Shown: positions 17,102 through 26,764 of the stretch, one piece after another
Position numbering within the stretch: position 1 is the first letter of the stretch
Layout: each line of letters opens with the position of its first letter
Assembly: GCA_903936865.1 (NCBI GenBank)
Contig: CAIZXK010000739.1
Span: 1-37,142 of the forward strand
Source of the DNA: an uncultured Bacteroidales bacterium
Lineage (GTDB): Bacteria; Bacteroidota; Bacteroidia; Bacteroidales; JACABE01
Length of the DNA: 37,142 nucleotides
Direction of reading: 5' to 3'
Notes under the pieces: model-generated
Seen by the model: the letters and a program-made list of their open reading frames with translations, nothing else
Told to the model about the DNA's origin: nothing
The model's database searches: none
Translations under genes and position numbers: made by a program

Positions 17102-17857
17102 TTATTTATTAATTTCTATTACAATAACTTCTCCAGTTTCTACTAATTTAATATTTTCATATTCAAAAATATCTAAAAAAAGCTTTGCTTCTGCTCTGTC
17201 TTCATCCGTATAGCTTTCATCCAGCATTAATTCTTCAAATTTTGGGCCATAAGAATTATTGATCATACCCATGAATTCCTCTAAATTCATTGCTTGAGAT
17301 TGTATGAGCAAATCATTTTTTAATTTAAAATATGTATTTTGAGAATCAGTCAGTTGATTTAAGATTGCTTTTTGTCCTGTAGATACAACTTCCTTTTGTC
17401 CGTTAATACAACTGATTATTGTTTCATAATCTGCTATTATTGATATATCGTCCCACCAGGGGAAATCTATATCGATAGAATCGTTTATAATTATTTTTGG
17501 AGTTCCATCTTTAACCTGAAAAAGAGCAAAGATTTCAATAATATCAGGGACATTACCAACTCCATTATATATAATTTCATCAATGGTTCCTTTTCCTTGC
17601 AACGAATATATAACTCTGATTTTGAATATATTTTTTAATCCAATTGAATTAAATAATGCCGAATAATGAAATTCATCCAGGTATAAAAAATATCGGTTAT
17701 CGATAATTCGATTTCCCATGATCGTACATATTTCTTTTAATTTCCCGGAATTATCTTCCGAGATAGAATTAAACAGAATTGAATTGTAAAATTTTTCGAG
17801 ATAAAAAAAATATCTTTCTTCTATCTTTGTAAAATATGCTTCATAAACAGTTCTCAT
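17102..17857 (-). CDS. Hypothetical protein with a 40-aa N-terminal tandem duplication
   Basis: 251-aa ORF; ERYFFYLEKFYNSILFNSI and NRYFLYLDEFHYSALFNSI lie 120 nt apart. Confidence 0.7.
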   Translation of the reverse strand: MRTVYEAYFTKIEERYFFYLEKFYNSILFNSISEDNSGKLKEICTIMGNRIIDNRYFLYLDEFHYSALFNSIGLKNIFKIRVIYSLQGKGTIDEIIYNGVGNVPDIIEIFALFQVKDGTPKIIINDSIDIDFPWWDDISIIADYETIISCINGQKEVVSTGQKAILNQLTDSQNTYFKLKNDLLIQSQAMNLEEFMGMINNSYGPKFEELMLDESYTDEDRAEAKLFLDIFEYENIKLVETGEVIVIEINK

Positions 17858-17942
17858 TGTTTAAATTAATTTATGTTTTGCTATCATTCTTGTTAATTGG
17901 ACTGAAATTCTTCATAATTTAAAATTGGTTTAGGGATTAATT

Positions 17943-18386
17943 TTAGTGCATTTTTAAATTTGCATATTGAATTTTAAAAATATTATTCAGCGTTTGTTGT
18001 ATATATTCCGGTTCAAAAATGCCTTCATCATTGTATAAAATTTCTTCATATGCATAACTTACAATATTTTGTAATGATTTGCGAAAATCTGATTCTTTTG
18101 AATATTTTACTAGCAAAGAAATAGAATGAGATTCCGATTCAATGTATTTGATTTCAATTACAAATGGATTCAAGTGTTCTTTGTTATCATTTATTATATA
18201 TTTGAGTTTTACACCAGGAGTCTGTCCATATTCGAAAATATTTTCAATGTCAACTTTTATACCATCAAATTTTTGCATTACATCTCTCCACTCTTTACAA
18301 TTTTTAATTAATTGCACGTTCAGATATTCAAATCTGTATATATGCTTTGTAGCAAGGAATGCTCCTATATCTTCTTTCCAATCCAT
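17943..18386 (-). CDS. Hypothetical protein
   Basis: ORF-track frame 17943..18443; likely start MDWKE at 18386. No motif recognised. Confidence 0.6.
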   Translation of the reverse strand: MDWKEDIGAFLATKHIYRFEYLNVQLIKNCKEWRDVMQKFDGIKVDIENIFEYGQTPGVKLKYIINDNKEHLNPFVIEIKYIESESHSISLLVKYSKESDFRKSLQNIVSYAYEEILYNDEGIFEPEYIQQTLNNIFKIQYANLKMH

Positions 18387-18760
18387 AATATATTTTTTGT
18401 ATTTTAAAAAATTATTTATTACTATAATTCGCCAAATGTACATATTAATAAATGAATTTCAAAATATGGAAATAGAAAATTGAAAAATTAATAAATAATT
18501 CTTTCTATAAATGTAAAATCACGATAATATGTGCTATTGGCGATTGTGAAGATTGAAATAAAATTAACAAAATAAACTTGCATTATTTTGTCAAACCTAT
18601 TGTTTTATTTAATATATTTGTTTGATATTGTGATATTTCAAAAAAGAAAATACTTAATTAAAAAAGGTAATTTCCAATAAAAAAGGTAATCAGAATAGAA
18701 AAGAAAAAAGTTTTTAAAAAAGATAATTTTAATTGAAAAGATATTTTAAAACAATACTAT

Positions 18761-19147
18761 ATGAAATCAAATTTAAGTAGAAATGAATTGAGAAAGATAC
18801 GTTTGAAAGGCCACAGAATACCTTCTACTAGTTATTTTGTTGATGAAAATGGAAAAGAAACTTTAATAGATGAAGAAGAAAGTGAAAAATCAGAGTATAT
18901 TCTGCTTAACGATATTTTTGTGCCAGTCATTAAGCTTATAATGAAAGGTTTGCATCCCAAAGAAGCCATAGCAGAAATTGCAGAAAAAGTGGCACTAATT
19001 GATGAAAAAGGTTTGACAAATTTATTACTATTAATCCTTGATTTTAACAATCTTGATGAGCTGGCTGAATGTGTTAAAATTGGAGAAATTAAAGATCGTT
19101 TGATTGATTTATATCCATGGAGATATGAATTGTTTTATTTGCTTTAG
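18761..19147 (+). CDS. Hypothetical protein
   Basis: 128-aa ORF with normal protein composition after an A-rich leader. Confidence 0.6.
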   Translation: MKSNLSRNELRKIRLKGHRIPSTSYFVDENGKETLIDEEESEKSEYILLNDIFVPVIKLIMKGLHPKEAIAEIAEKVALIDEKGLTNLLLLILDFNNLDELAECVKIGEIKDRLIDLYPWRYELFYLL

Positions 19148-19177
19148 TGAAAGAACAAAATCAATATTGAATAAAGA

Positions 19178-19939
19178 TTAGTCGGTGAAATATTGTAAAT
19201 ATAAAATATTCTGAATATCCGATGTTTCCATCATTCCTATTATCATTTTGATTATTTCCTGATTCAAAAATGGATTTACAGATGTTTTATAAATAATGTT
19301 TTTTCTGTTATTTAGATAAAAGTGTTTTTTATTTATAAAAGCTATCGAACGCATATTTGTTTTCCATTTACTATATTGTTTTTCGACTACTTTAATCTTT
19401 GAAGCTTTTTCATATTCCTGTTTTGATATAGCTTTTGATTTTTCTATTCTCAGCTTTGCAAGTAGCTGATAATAAGAAAAGAAGATTACATCAGCTTTGT
19501 TTTCTGGTTTTTCAATTATAATTTTAATGCGATCATTCTTTAACTTCAAAAATATCATTTCAAATTTATCCCATAGTTCAGCATTAAGAGGATCAGTATT
19601 CAACATTACAATAATTTGATTTAGGCTGAATAATATTTTATTTAAAGATAAATCGTTCAGATAATCAATTAAATATGCTTTTTCATCTTTTAAATCATCA
19701 GTGGTGAATGGACTAAATGTAAATGAAGCTGTAAATTTAAAAACCCGCATACAATGGATGCATTTCAGCACTAAATTATTTTGTTTCATAACACCCCATT
19801 GATCTGTATTATCTGTTGTGAGCATTGAAATATAAGATTCATTCGTATTGCTTTTCTTAATAAGTTCAACTTTATAAGATTGGCAATACGGACAAATCCT
19901 CTTTATTTTGAAATCTGACAAAAAGAAGTTTTCTGACAT
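19178..19939 (-). CDS. Hypothetical protein with a Zn-ribbon and a UVR-like motif
   Basis: CPYC...CIHC pair; LRIEKSKAISKQEYEKASKIK resembles the UvrB/UvrC (UVR) coiled-coil motif. Confidence 0.6.
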   Translation of the reverse strand: MSENFFLSDFKIKRICPYCQSYKVELIKKSNTNESYISMLTTDNTDQWGVMKQNNLVLKCIHCMRVFKFTASFTFSPFTTDDLKDEKAYLIDYLNDLSLNKILFSLNQIIVMLNTDPLNAELWDKFEMIFLKLKNDRIKIIIEKPENKADVIFFSYYQLLAKLRIEKSKAISKQEYEKASKIKVVEKQYSKWKTNMRSIAFINKKHFYLNNRKNIIYKTSVNPFLNQEIIKMIIGMMETSDIQNILYLQYFTD

Positions 19940-19954
19940 CGTTTGATATTATTA

Positions 19955-20863
19955 TCAATATCTTTCTGTCAGATAATCTCTTAATTTATCATCTTTTATA
20001 ACTTTAATGGCATCATCCCAATGTCCATATTTGAATCTTTCACGTTCGTAGGGTGATAATATCTCAGACCAAACTTCATATAGTTTTTTGCCAGCATACT
20101 TTTTTAAGCCCGGACTGAATTGCAAGTATTTTTCATGTAAAATCTCAATTTCTTTGTTCATTGAATGAGATAAATGTACAATACGATAATCTTCAACCTT
20201 AATATCACCAATTTGGATGGGTGTAGTCATTTTAGCTAATAAGGTCATTCTCAAAAGCTGATAAAGATGATCAACAGAAAAATCAGAAAGACCCATACCA
20301 TTTTCTAATTCAAACTGAAACGGGAATTCAGCTTTATTTCTTAAAGGTACTAAAATTTCTGAATATCGTCTGAGTCTTTCTAAACCTCTGAAACCGGAAA
20401 ACTTTTCTAATGTTAAAGGTCTTGATTTACCTTCTGTAAATTTCCATTCTATCAGCAATTGCGTGATTTTACCTTTAATTTTAGCAATTACAAAAGCATC
20501 TACACTGGTTCTCTGAAGTCCACGACCGCCACCTTTTTCATTGATAGGTGATTCCTGCGGACCTATCCATTCAAAAACGACATAGCCTTTGTCCGAATAA
20601 TTTCGTCCTCCTACATTGGCATTAGTTGGAAACTCATAAAGCATTTCAATTTCAAGACCGAAATGATTTAAAAAGTTTATCAGTTCTTCGGGTTTAAACA
20701 TTAACGAACCCAATACATTAATACAAGCCGCTGCACTACTTAGTGGATGACCTTTTGTTTCATCATGCAATTTTACATGTGAATCAACATTGTAAAAGAC
20801 TGATTCATCATAAATTAATTTGCCTTTAAACTGATTTTGAAATTCGATTGTTAATTTGTCCAT
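19955..20863 (-). CDS. Putative restriction-endonuclease-like PD-(D/E)XK protein (PGN_0703-like)
   Basis: HPLSSAAACINV, VFEW, RTSVDA, LIEWKFTE, YQLLR. Confidence 0.7.
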   Translation of the reverse strand: MDKLTIEFQNQFKGKLIYDESVFYNVDSHVKLHDETKGHPLSSAAACINVLGSLMFKPEELINFLNHFGLEIEMLYEFPTNANVGGRNYSDKGYVVFEWIGPQESPINEKGGGRGLQRTSVDAFVIAKIKGKITQLLIEWKFTEGKSRPLTLEKFSGFRGLERLRRYSEILVPLRNKAEFPFQFELENGMGLSDFSVDHLYQLLRMTLLAKMTTPIQIGDIKVEDYRIVHLSHSMNKEIEILHEKYLQFSPGLKKYAGKKLYEVWSEILSPYERERFKYGHWDDAIKVIKDDKLRDYLTERY

Positions 20864-20881
20864 ATTAAAAAATTTATATTA

Positions 20882-20960
20882 AAAATACATACTATATAAT
20901 ACGATAAACTATTTGAAGTACTTCAAAGCCTTTCCTGTAAAGGGATACAAGGCATTTTTT
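20882..20960. other. Degenerate dif/Xer-like site followed by a perfect palindrome and a hairpin
   Basis: AAAATACATAC-TATATA-ATACGATAAAC (11-6-11), then TTTGAAGTACTTCAAA (20912-20927) and GCCTT-TCC..GGGA..AAGGC. Confidence 0.25.
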
Positions 20961-20996
20961 CAGCTATTTTATTAAAAAAATTAAAGGTAATCACAA

Positions 20997-21737
20997 TTAT
21001 TTTAATTCTTTTAAATCAATACTTTTGGAAATAAAATAAAATGCTTTTGCTTTTGTATTGATTTTTCTGTTAATAATTGCTTGAATACCAACTCTCTCAA
21101 TATGTTTCTCAATACAATTTTGCCATTCTTCTTTTGATGTAAATTTATCATTAAAATCATCATCTTTTAAAAATCCAAGATATATCAAAACAACTGGAAT
21201 ATCATTTGAAGCTAACCACCAAGCTGATGCAACTCTGTTAGAAAGCTGATAACATGTGTCAATTGATAATTTAGCATTGATACCAGTATTATTTTCATTT
21301 ATAGAATTATTTGCTTGTTCTATTGCAGCTTTAATATGTTTGTGATTTTCTGCTTTTTTATTTTCATCAATTTGCTTTTTCCCTTTATCTCCCGTTACTT
21401 CTGATTTATGAGCTTTTGCTTCAACAAGCAGTATACCCTCTTTGCCATCAATTTTACATTTTGAAATTATATCCCATTGGGGTGTTCTGCTACCAAATTC
21501 AATCCACCATTTTATGAAATCTGCACCTAATTTTTTATCATTCCAAACATCTTTTAAAAAAGTGCTTAGTGTTTTTTCATTAGGTTGATTTGACCCTTTT
21601 GGATAAATACTATCTTTATTTTCAATAAAAGTATTTGTATCAACTAATAAATCATTCATTTTGTCTATAAATAATTTATTATCAATTAAATTTAAAACAT
21701 GTTTTTTACTTCCTTTTGGCATATTACTTTCCTCCAT
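20997..21737 (-). CDS. Putative PD-(D/E)XK nuclease
   Basis: TPQWDI...LLVEAKAH..E, CYQLSNR, VVLIYLGF. Confidence 0.65.
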   Translation of the reverse strand: MEESNMPKGSKKHVLNLIDNKLFIDKMNDLLVDTNTFIENKDSIYPKGSNQPNEKTLSTFLKDVWNDKKLGADFIKWWIEFGSRTPQWDIISKCKIDGKEGILLVEAKAHKSEVTGDKGKKQIDENKKAENHKHIKAAIEQANNSINENNTGINAKLSIDTCYQLSNRVASAWWLASNDIPVVLIYLGFLKDDDFNDKFTSKEEWQNCIEKHIERVGIQAIINRKINTKAKAFYFISKSIDLKELK

Positions 21738-21799
21738 ATTTAAGATTATGTATGATATTATTTTTATTTTTTCATATTAAAACACACGAATTATCAATG

Positions 21800-22018
21800 T
21801 TACCAGTAAAAAAACACTCCTAATAGCATAATTAATGACATCATGCATCCTTTAGAGGTTTTGTTATATATTTTATTGTAAGCATACTTTTTGGGGTTGG
21901 TAATCCAGCCATAACCACGCGGAGCTTTAATTCCCATTGATTGCCTTATATATCTTTTAACAGAAGTTCGGGCAGCTATACGTTTGCTAAGTGATGGTAT
22001 TCTGAATCCTATTTTCAT
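21800..22018 (-). CDS. Small basic phage-type hypothetical protein, C-terminal membrane anchor possibly frameshifted
   Basis: MKIGFRIPSLSKRIAARTS..GYGWITNPKKYAYNKIYNKTS resembles a small family seen in prophages; hydrophobic tail. Confidence 0.75.
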   Translation of the reverse strand: MKIGFRIPSLSKRIAARTSVKRYIRQSMGIKAPRGYGWITNPKKYAYNKIYNKTSKGCMMSLIMLLGVFFYW

Positions 22019-22047
22019 AATATTCTGATTTTAATTATCATTCAAAA

Positions 22048-25000
22048 TCACGATGCCTTCAGCAATCTCTTCAATGTTTCCTGCATAGCAGTTTTAAAAG
22101 CATCATCTTTTGATATTAAACGATATAAATCCAATTCATTTTTGCGTTGTGTTGCCATTACATCATCAAAAATCTTACGGAATGCAATTTCACGGTTTTG
22201 TTCATCGGTATTGGCTTCGTATTTTTCCTTGTAATCAGGGTGCTTTCTCATGCTCTGTGCCAGATTCACAAATTTAACTCTTTGTTCTTCGGGCGTTGCA
22301 TCCCAACCCTGAAACCATCTTTCATTAAATGCTTTGATAATTAAATCCAAAGGATCTTCTTCTTCCTCGCCTCCATGTGCACCTCTTGGATTTGGATTTT
22401 GAGGATCCAGTTCCGTTTCGGTTGCATCTAATTTTATGGTTTCATTCAGCTTAACTCTTTCGATACCATAAGTGGAAAGATCAACAGCATTTAACAATTC
22501 ATCCAATGCATCCTTAGTCGGGTCAACGATAATAAGTTTTGGAATCAGAAATTTTAAAAACCAGAATAGTTTTTCCCATTTTACTATTTCATAGGTCATA
22601 ATAGAAGCCATTTGTCCATATATTTTCACAAACTGCTTGGCTTTTATCTTGTAATCAGCCTTTTCTTTATCTTCCAATTCCAAACCGGAATTAAATCTTT
22701 CAGCCGCTATATCAATAATCGGACTTAACTGCTGTGCATTTACTCCCCTGAAATATTTTTCATTAAAATCTTCTACCTCTATCCATTCATAAACTCCCAC
22801 ATTGTCGAGCATCGATTTGAGTTCGTGCAATACATTCACATCTGTAGCTTTACTCAATGTAGTTGAAGTATAAAATGGATCAAAAGCCGTTTTAATATCT
22901 TCAGTTGAATTGAAAAAATCAAGTACAAACAAATCTTCTGTTTTTTTACCCAGTTTATCATACGAACGATTTAATCTGGATAAAGCCTGCACAGCCATTA
23001 CCCCCTGTAGTTTCTTGTCAACATACATGGCTGTCAGTTTCTTTTGATCAAATCCTGTAAGATATTTATTGGCAACTACCAATATCCGGTATTCATCTTC
23101 ATCAAATTTATCACGGGTATCTTTTTCAGCAAAACCATTCATACCAGCTTCTGAATATTCTATTCCATTTAAAGTCTTTTTGCCCGAAAAAGCAACAATA
23201 ACTTTAAAGGGATTTCCTTTTTCGAAAAGAATAAGCCTGATTGCCTGATAATAATAAATAGCAGATTCAATATTTTGGGTTGCAACAATTGCCTTTGCTT
23301 TGCCTTTTAGTTTCTTGGTATTTACAATTTTTGCTATAAAATGATCGAGCATGATTTCAGCTTTGACACCTATGGTTTGCTGATGCCTTTCAACATAAGC
23401 CCTGAGTTTCTTCTGAGCTTTGTTAGTCTCAAACAAAGGATTGTCTTCTATTGATTTTTCAATCTCATAATAACTTTTGTAAGTAGTATAGTTGGCAAGT
23501 ACATCTAAAATAAAACCTTCTTCAATTGCCTGTTTCATCGAATACAAATGGAAAGGTTTGAATTTGCCGTCTTCCTGTTTTATTCCGAATTTTTCGAGTG
23601 TATTGTTTTTAGGTGTTGCTGTAAAAGCCAGATAAGAAGCATTTCCCCGCATTTTTCGGGTTCGCATGATTTCAAGTATTTTTTCCTGTGCATCAAAATC
23701 TTCTTCTTCATCTGCATTATTACCCATGGCTCTGTTCATATTGCCAGCTGCTGAACCACTCTGACTGCTGTGTGCTTCATCTATGATTACTGCAAATCGT
23801 TTTTCGCTCAAATCGGCAATTCCATCAACAATAAAAGGAAATTTTTGTATGGTTGTGATAATAATTTTCTTGCCGCTTTCCAGATTTTCTTTAAGCTCTC
23901 TGGCAGTGTGGGCGGGAGCTACAATATTTTTAACTTCAGAAAATTCCTTTATATTTTCCCTTAACTGCTTATCGAGCAATCGCCTGTCGGTAACTACAAT
24001 TACCGAATCGAACAAAGGATTATGAATTCCTTTGCTTCCGGGTACTGCATCATGTTCGGGATAGGTTTCTATCAGCTGATAAGCTGCCCATGTTATGGAA
24101 TTGGATTTGCCCGAACCTGCCGAATGCTGAATTAAATAACATTGACCCACTCCTTTTTTGCTTGCATCGGCTATCAGTTTGCGAACTACATCCATTTGAT
24201 GATAACGGGGAAAGAACAGGTTTTTTTTGCTCAAAGCATCCGATTCTTTTCCATCAAAGCGCACAAAATGCTGAATGATATTGGCAATGCTATGGCGGGT
24301 AAAAACTTCTTCCCACAAATAGGAAGTTTTATGTCCGAATGGATTAGGCGGATTTCCTTTGCCAAAATTATTTCCCAGGTTAAACGGTAAGAAAAAAGTA
24401 TTTTCACCATTTAGTCTGGTTGTCATGTAAACTTCGTCGGTATCTACTGCAAAATGTACTATGCAACGACCAAAGTTTAACAAAGGCTGGGCAATATCTC
24501 TTTTGAATTTATACTGGTTTTGTCCGTGAACTCTGGCATTTTGCCCTGTCCAATGATTTTTCAGCTCCATGGTAGCAATTGGCAAACCATTTACAAACAG
24601 CACCATATCTATTTCTTCTCTCGGGTTATCAGCAGAATAACGCAACTGCCTTGTAACACTAAACTGATTGCTTTCGAAATTCTTTTTGATGATATCGCCA
24701 CTGCTTGCCAATGGCAATACATAAAACAATGTAAAATGTGCATCATCCACTTCAAGCCCTTTTCGCAGCAAACGGATAATTCCATATTTTTTTATCATTC
24801 TGTCGAGGCGTTCCAGTATCTTCAGTTTCCAATCGCTTTGCTTTTGAAGTTTGGTTAATTCCTCTTTCTGAGTAGCTTCCAGAAAATTCCAGAAACGTAC
24901 TTCATCTATGGCATATTTAGCTGAAAAATCATCAGGAGAACCCATATAATAACCATTACCGGCACGATATAAATCTGACCTTTCGGCAACTTTCGGATAA

Positions 25001-25098
25001 TAAATGCCCTGTTCTTTCAGTTCTTCCAAACAGTTGCCTGTAAGACATTTCTCAATAGCAGCTTCTAAAGCTTGTTCATTGGTTTGACTTGTATTCAC
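22048..25098 (-). CDS. hsdR: Type I restriction enzyme R subunit
   Basis: [20 protein letters not shown] nuclease motif, [53 protein letters not shown]; GTG start. Confidence 0.96.
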   Translation of the reverse strand: MNTSQTNEQALEAAIEKCLTGNCLEELKEQGIYYPKVAERSDLYRAGNGYYMGSPDDFSAKYAIDEVRFWNFLEATQKEELTKLQKQSDWKLKILERLDRMIKKYGIIRLLRKGLEVDDAHFTLFYVLPLASSGDIIKKNFESNQFSVTRQLRYSADNPREEIDMVLFVNGLPIATMELKNHWTGQNARVHGQNQYKFKRDIAQPLLNFGRCIVHFAVDTDEVYMTTRLNGENTFFLPFNLGNNFGKGNPPNPFGHKTSYLWEEVFTRHSIANIIQHFVRFDGKESDALSKKNLFFPRYHQMDVVRKLIADASKKGVGQCYLIQHSAGSGKSNSITWAAYQLIETYPEHDAVPGSKGIHNPLFDSVIVVTDRRLLDKQLRENIKEFSEVKNIVAPAHTARELKENLESGKKIIITTIQKFPFIVDGIADLSEKRFAVIIDEAHSSQSGSAAGNMNRAMGNNADEEEDFDAQEKILEIMRTRKMRGNASYLAFTATPKNNTLEKFGIKQEDGKFKPFHLYSMKQAIEEGFILDVLANYTTYKSYYEIEKSIEDNPLFETNKAQKKLRAYVERHQQTIGVKAEIMLDHFIAKIVNTKKLKGKAKAIVATQNIESAIYYYQAIRLILFEKGNPFKVIVAFSGKKTLNGIEYSEAGMNGFAEKDTRDKFDEDEYRILVVANKYLTGFDQKKLTAMYVDKKLQGVMAVQALSRLNRSYDKLGKKTEDLFVLDFFNSTEDIKTAFDPFYTSTTLSKATDVNVLHELKSMLDNVGVYEWIEVEDFNEKYFRGVNAQQLSPIIDIAAERFNSGLELEDKEKADYKIKAKQFVKIYGQMASIMTYEIVKWEKLFWFLKFLIPKLIIVDPTKDALDELLNAVDLSTYGIERVKLNETIKLDATETELDPQNPNPRGAHGGEEEEDPLDLIIKAFNERWFQGWDATPEEQRVKFVNLAQSMRKHPDYKEKYEANTDEQNREIAFRKIFDDVMATQRKNELDLYRLISKDDAFKTAMQETLKRLLKAS

Positions 25099-26676
25099 TT
25101 TTTAGCTTTTTTTGAAGTTTAATACCTTTTGCAGTCAGTTTGTATTTCTGCAATTTGCTTTTTGGTTTATCAGGAATTGTCATTTCAATTAAACTCGATT
25201 GTAAAGAAGGTTCCAAATAGGTTAAAACAAAATTCTGACGATGCTTAAATCAAGTTTTTCCATTAATTCTTCCCTACTCATTTCGTTTTTCAGTATCCAT
25301 ATAAGTCTGTGTGTTAACTCAGATAAATTTATAAATACAATCTCAGATACTTTATCATGTGCGGTATCATGTGCGGTATCATGTGCGGTATCATGTGCGG
25401 TATCATGTGCGGCATCATGTGCGGCATCATGTGCGGTGTTATATGCGGTATCAATCTGATTATGTGCAAGTCTCCAGATAATTATTTTAAATCCTTCACT
25501 TGTATCAAACTCAGGTTTTTTTAATCCGGCTTCCTGTGTTAATCGCATAATCTCAGCTGTTCCTGTACCAAAACGTTCAATATAGGCAGTTTGATAAAGC
25601 ATTTCAGCCAGATTAGGATTAAAAGGGTAAGAACTATGATCAAATTCGAGTTTTTCAATACTAAGTTCTTTGGGTAAATGACCCGGATTTCTTATCTCTA
25701 ATCTGTCTTTAAACAACCATACTTCAACACTTCCATTGATATTATAATCTCTGTGAGCTATTGCATTTACAATAGCTTCTGTAATTACAGCTCTTGGTAT
25801 TTCATAAGCTATAGGTGCTTGATGGGATTTATCCCGTACACCAACCGAAACACTAATTTTTGCCAATACAAAATCAACAGCTTCAGATAGCTGTTCAAAA
25901 ACATTGCCTTTTATAACCTGGTGATTAGGAATTGGTTTTTCAACATTAAATCCATGAAAATGAGCACATTTTACAATAGCTGAAGGAAAATATTGCTGTG
26001 GATTTGATGTAAAAGCAAGCAATGCACTGTTTTTGACTTTATCGGAAGAAGACAATAAATTCAGATGAGTAAGTACTTTCTTTACAGAACTTCCGCGATG
26101 AAAAGGGAAATTTCTTCTTTCCACTGCCATATCTAAAAAATCATTCAACAAATCTGTATCAATATCACTAAGTTTAGCTTCAGGATGAGTACTTGCATCG
26201 AATGAGTCGGACAATAAAAAACCCTTTTGTTGTAACAGACTTACAAAAGCCCTGTTTATTTCCTGAATTAAGTCGAAGGTATTTGCAAATCGCTTATAGG
26301 TTAGATGCTTTTGTACTTTCTGTAAAAAGTTTTTTTCTTTTGAATGAACAGCAGACAAAGGATTTTCCTTGATAAAAGCCAGGGAATCAAGTCTGGATGC
26401 TAATGCAGTATCAAATTCGAGTTCGGTGGCAGAAATTCCTTTTTCATTTTCATTACCATATTCTGCTCCAATTAAAACTACATAAACATCAGATTTTCTG
26501 ACTCCTTCTAAAAAGATATAATCGGCAGATTTTGAAGAAGCCGGTAATTTTTCAAACATCACAACATCGAAATACACCTTTAAAAATGGATCGTTTTCTA
26601 TATGTTTATAAAGAGCTTCCCTTTCTGAAGCAAATTCACTTTGTACACTTGATATAAATACTTTTAATTTCTGCAT
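25076..26676 (-). pseudogene. DUF4062 + RecG-C/HATPase_c_4-like domain + low-complexity linker + C-terminal wHTH; frameshift near 25245
   Basis: KVFISSVQSEF..ER (DUF4062), EAIVNAIAHRDY, DRLEIRNPG, IERFGTG. The ORF stops at 25222, but another frame continues [40 protein letters not shown] to TGA at 25076. Could be an intact gene with a sequencing error. Confidence 0.75.
25354..25452. repeat. 12-bp coding tandem repeat, (ATCATGTGCGGY)x7 plus one degenerate copy
   Basis: Read directly; encodes (T/A)AHD repeats on the minus strand. Confidence 0.95.
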
Positions 26677-26698
26677 CGTTTAAAATTATCTTATTTTA

Positions 26699-26761
26699 TT
26701 ACAAAATTAATCTTTTTTCTAAAGTAGCTTCTAATGCTTGTTCGTTCACTTGACTGGTTAT
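26699..26761 (-). pseudogene. Remnant copy of the hsdR 5' end
   Basis: Translates ITSQVNEQALEATLEKRLIL* versus Hsd[19 protein letters not shown]; ATA sits where a start codon would be. Confidence 0.75.
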
Positions 26762-26764
26762 ATC

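Noticed and set aside
18517-18544. Possible third dif-like site (AATCACGATAA-TATGTG-CTATTGGCGAT)
   Set aside because: The right arm has little resemblance to a XerD arm.
18659-18727. Direct repeats TAAAAAAG(G/A)TAAT x3 as iterons or an operator
   Set aside because: Low complexity in an extremely A-rich leader, irregular spacing, and no rep gene nearby.
25241-25459. + strand ORF with VSCA repeats, or a possible CRISPR-like array
   Set aside because: Antisense reading of the 12-bp coding repeat; the units are contiguous with no spacers and there are no cas genes.
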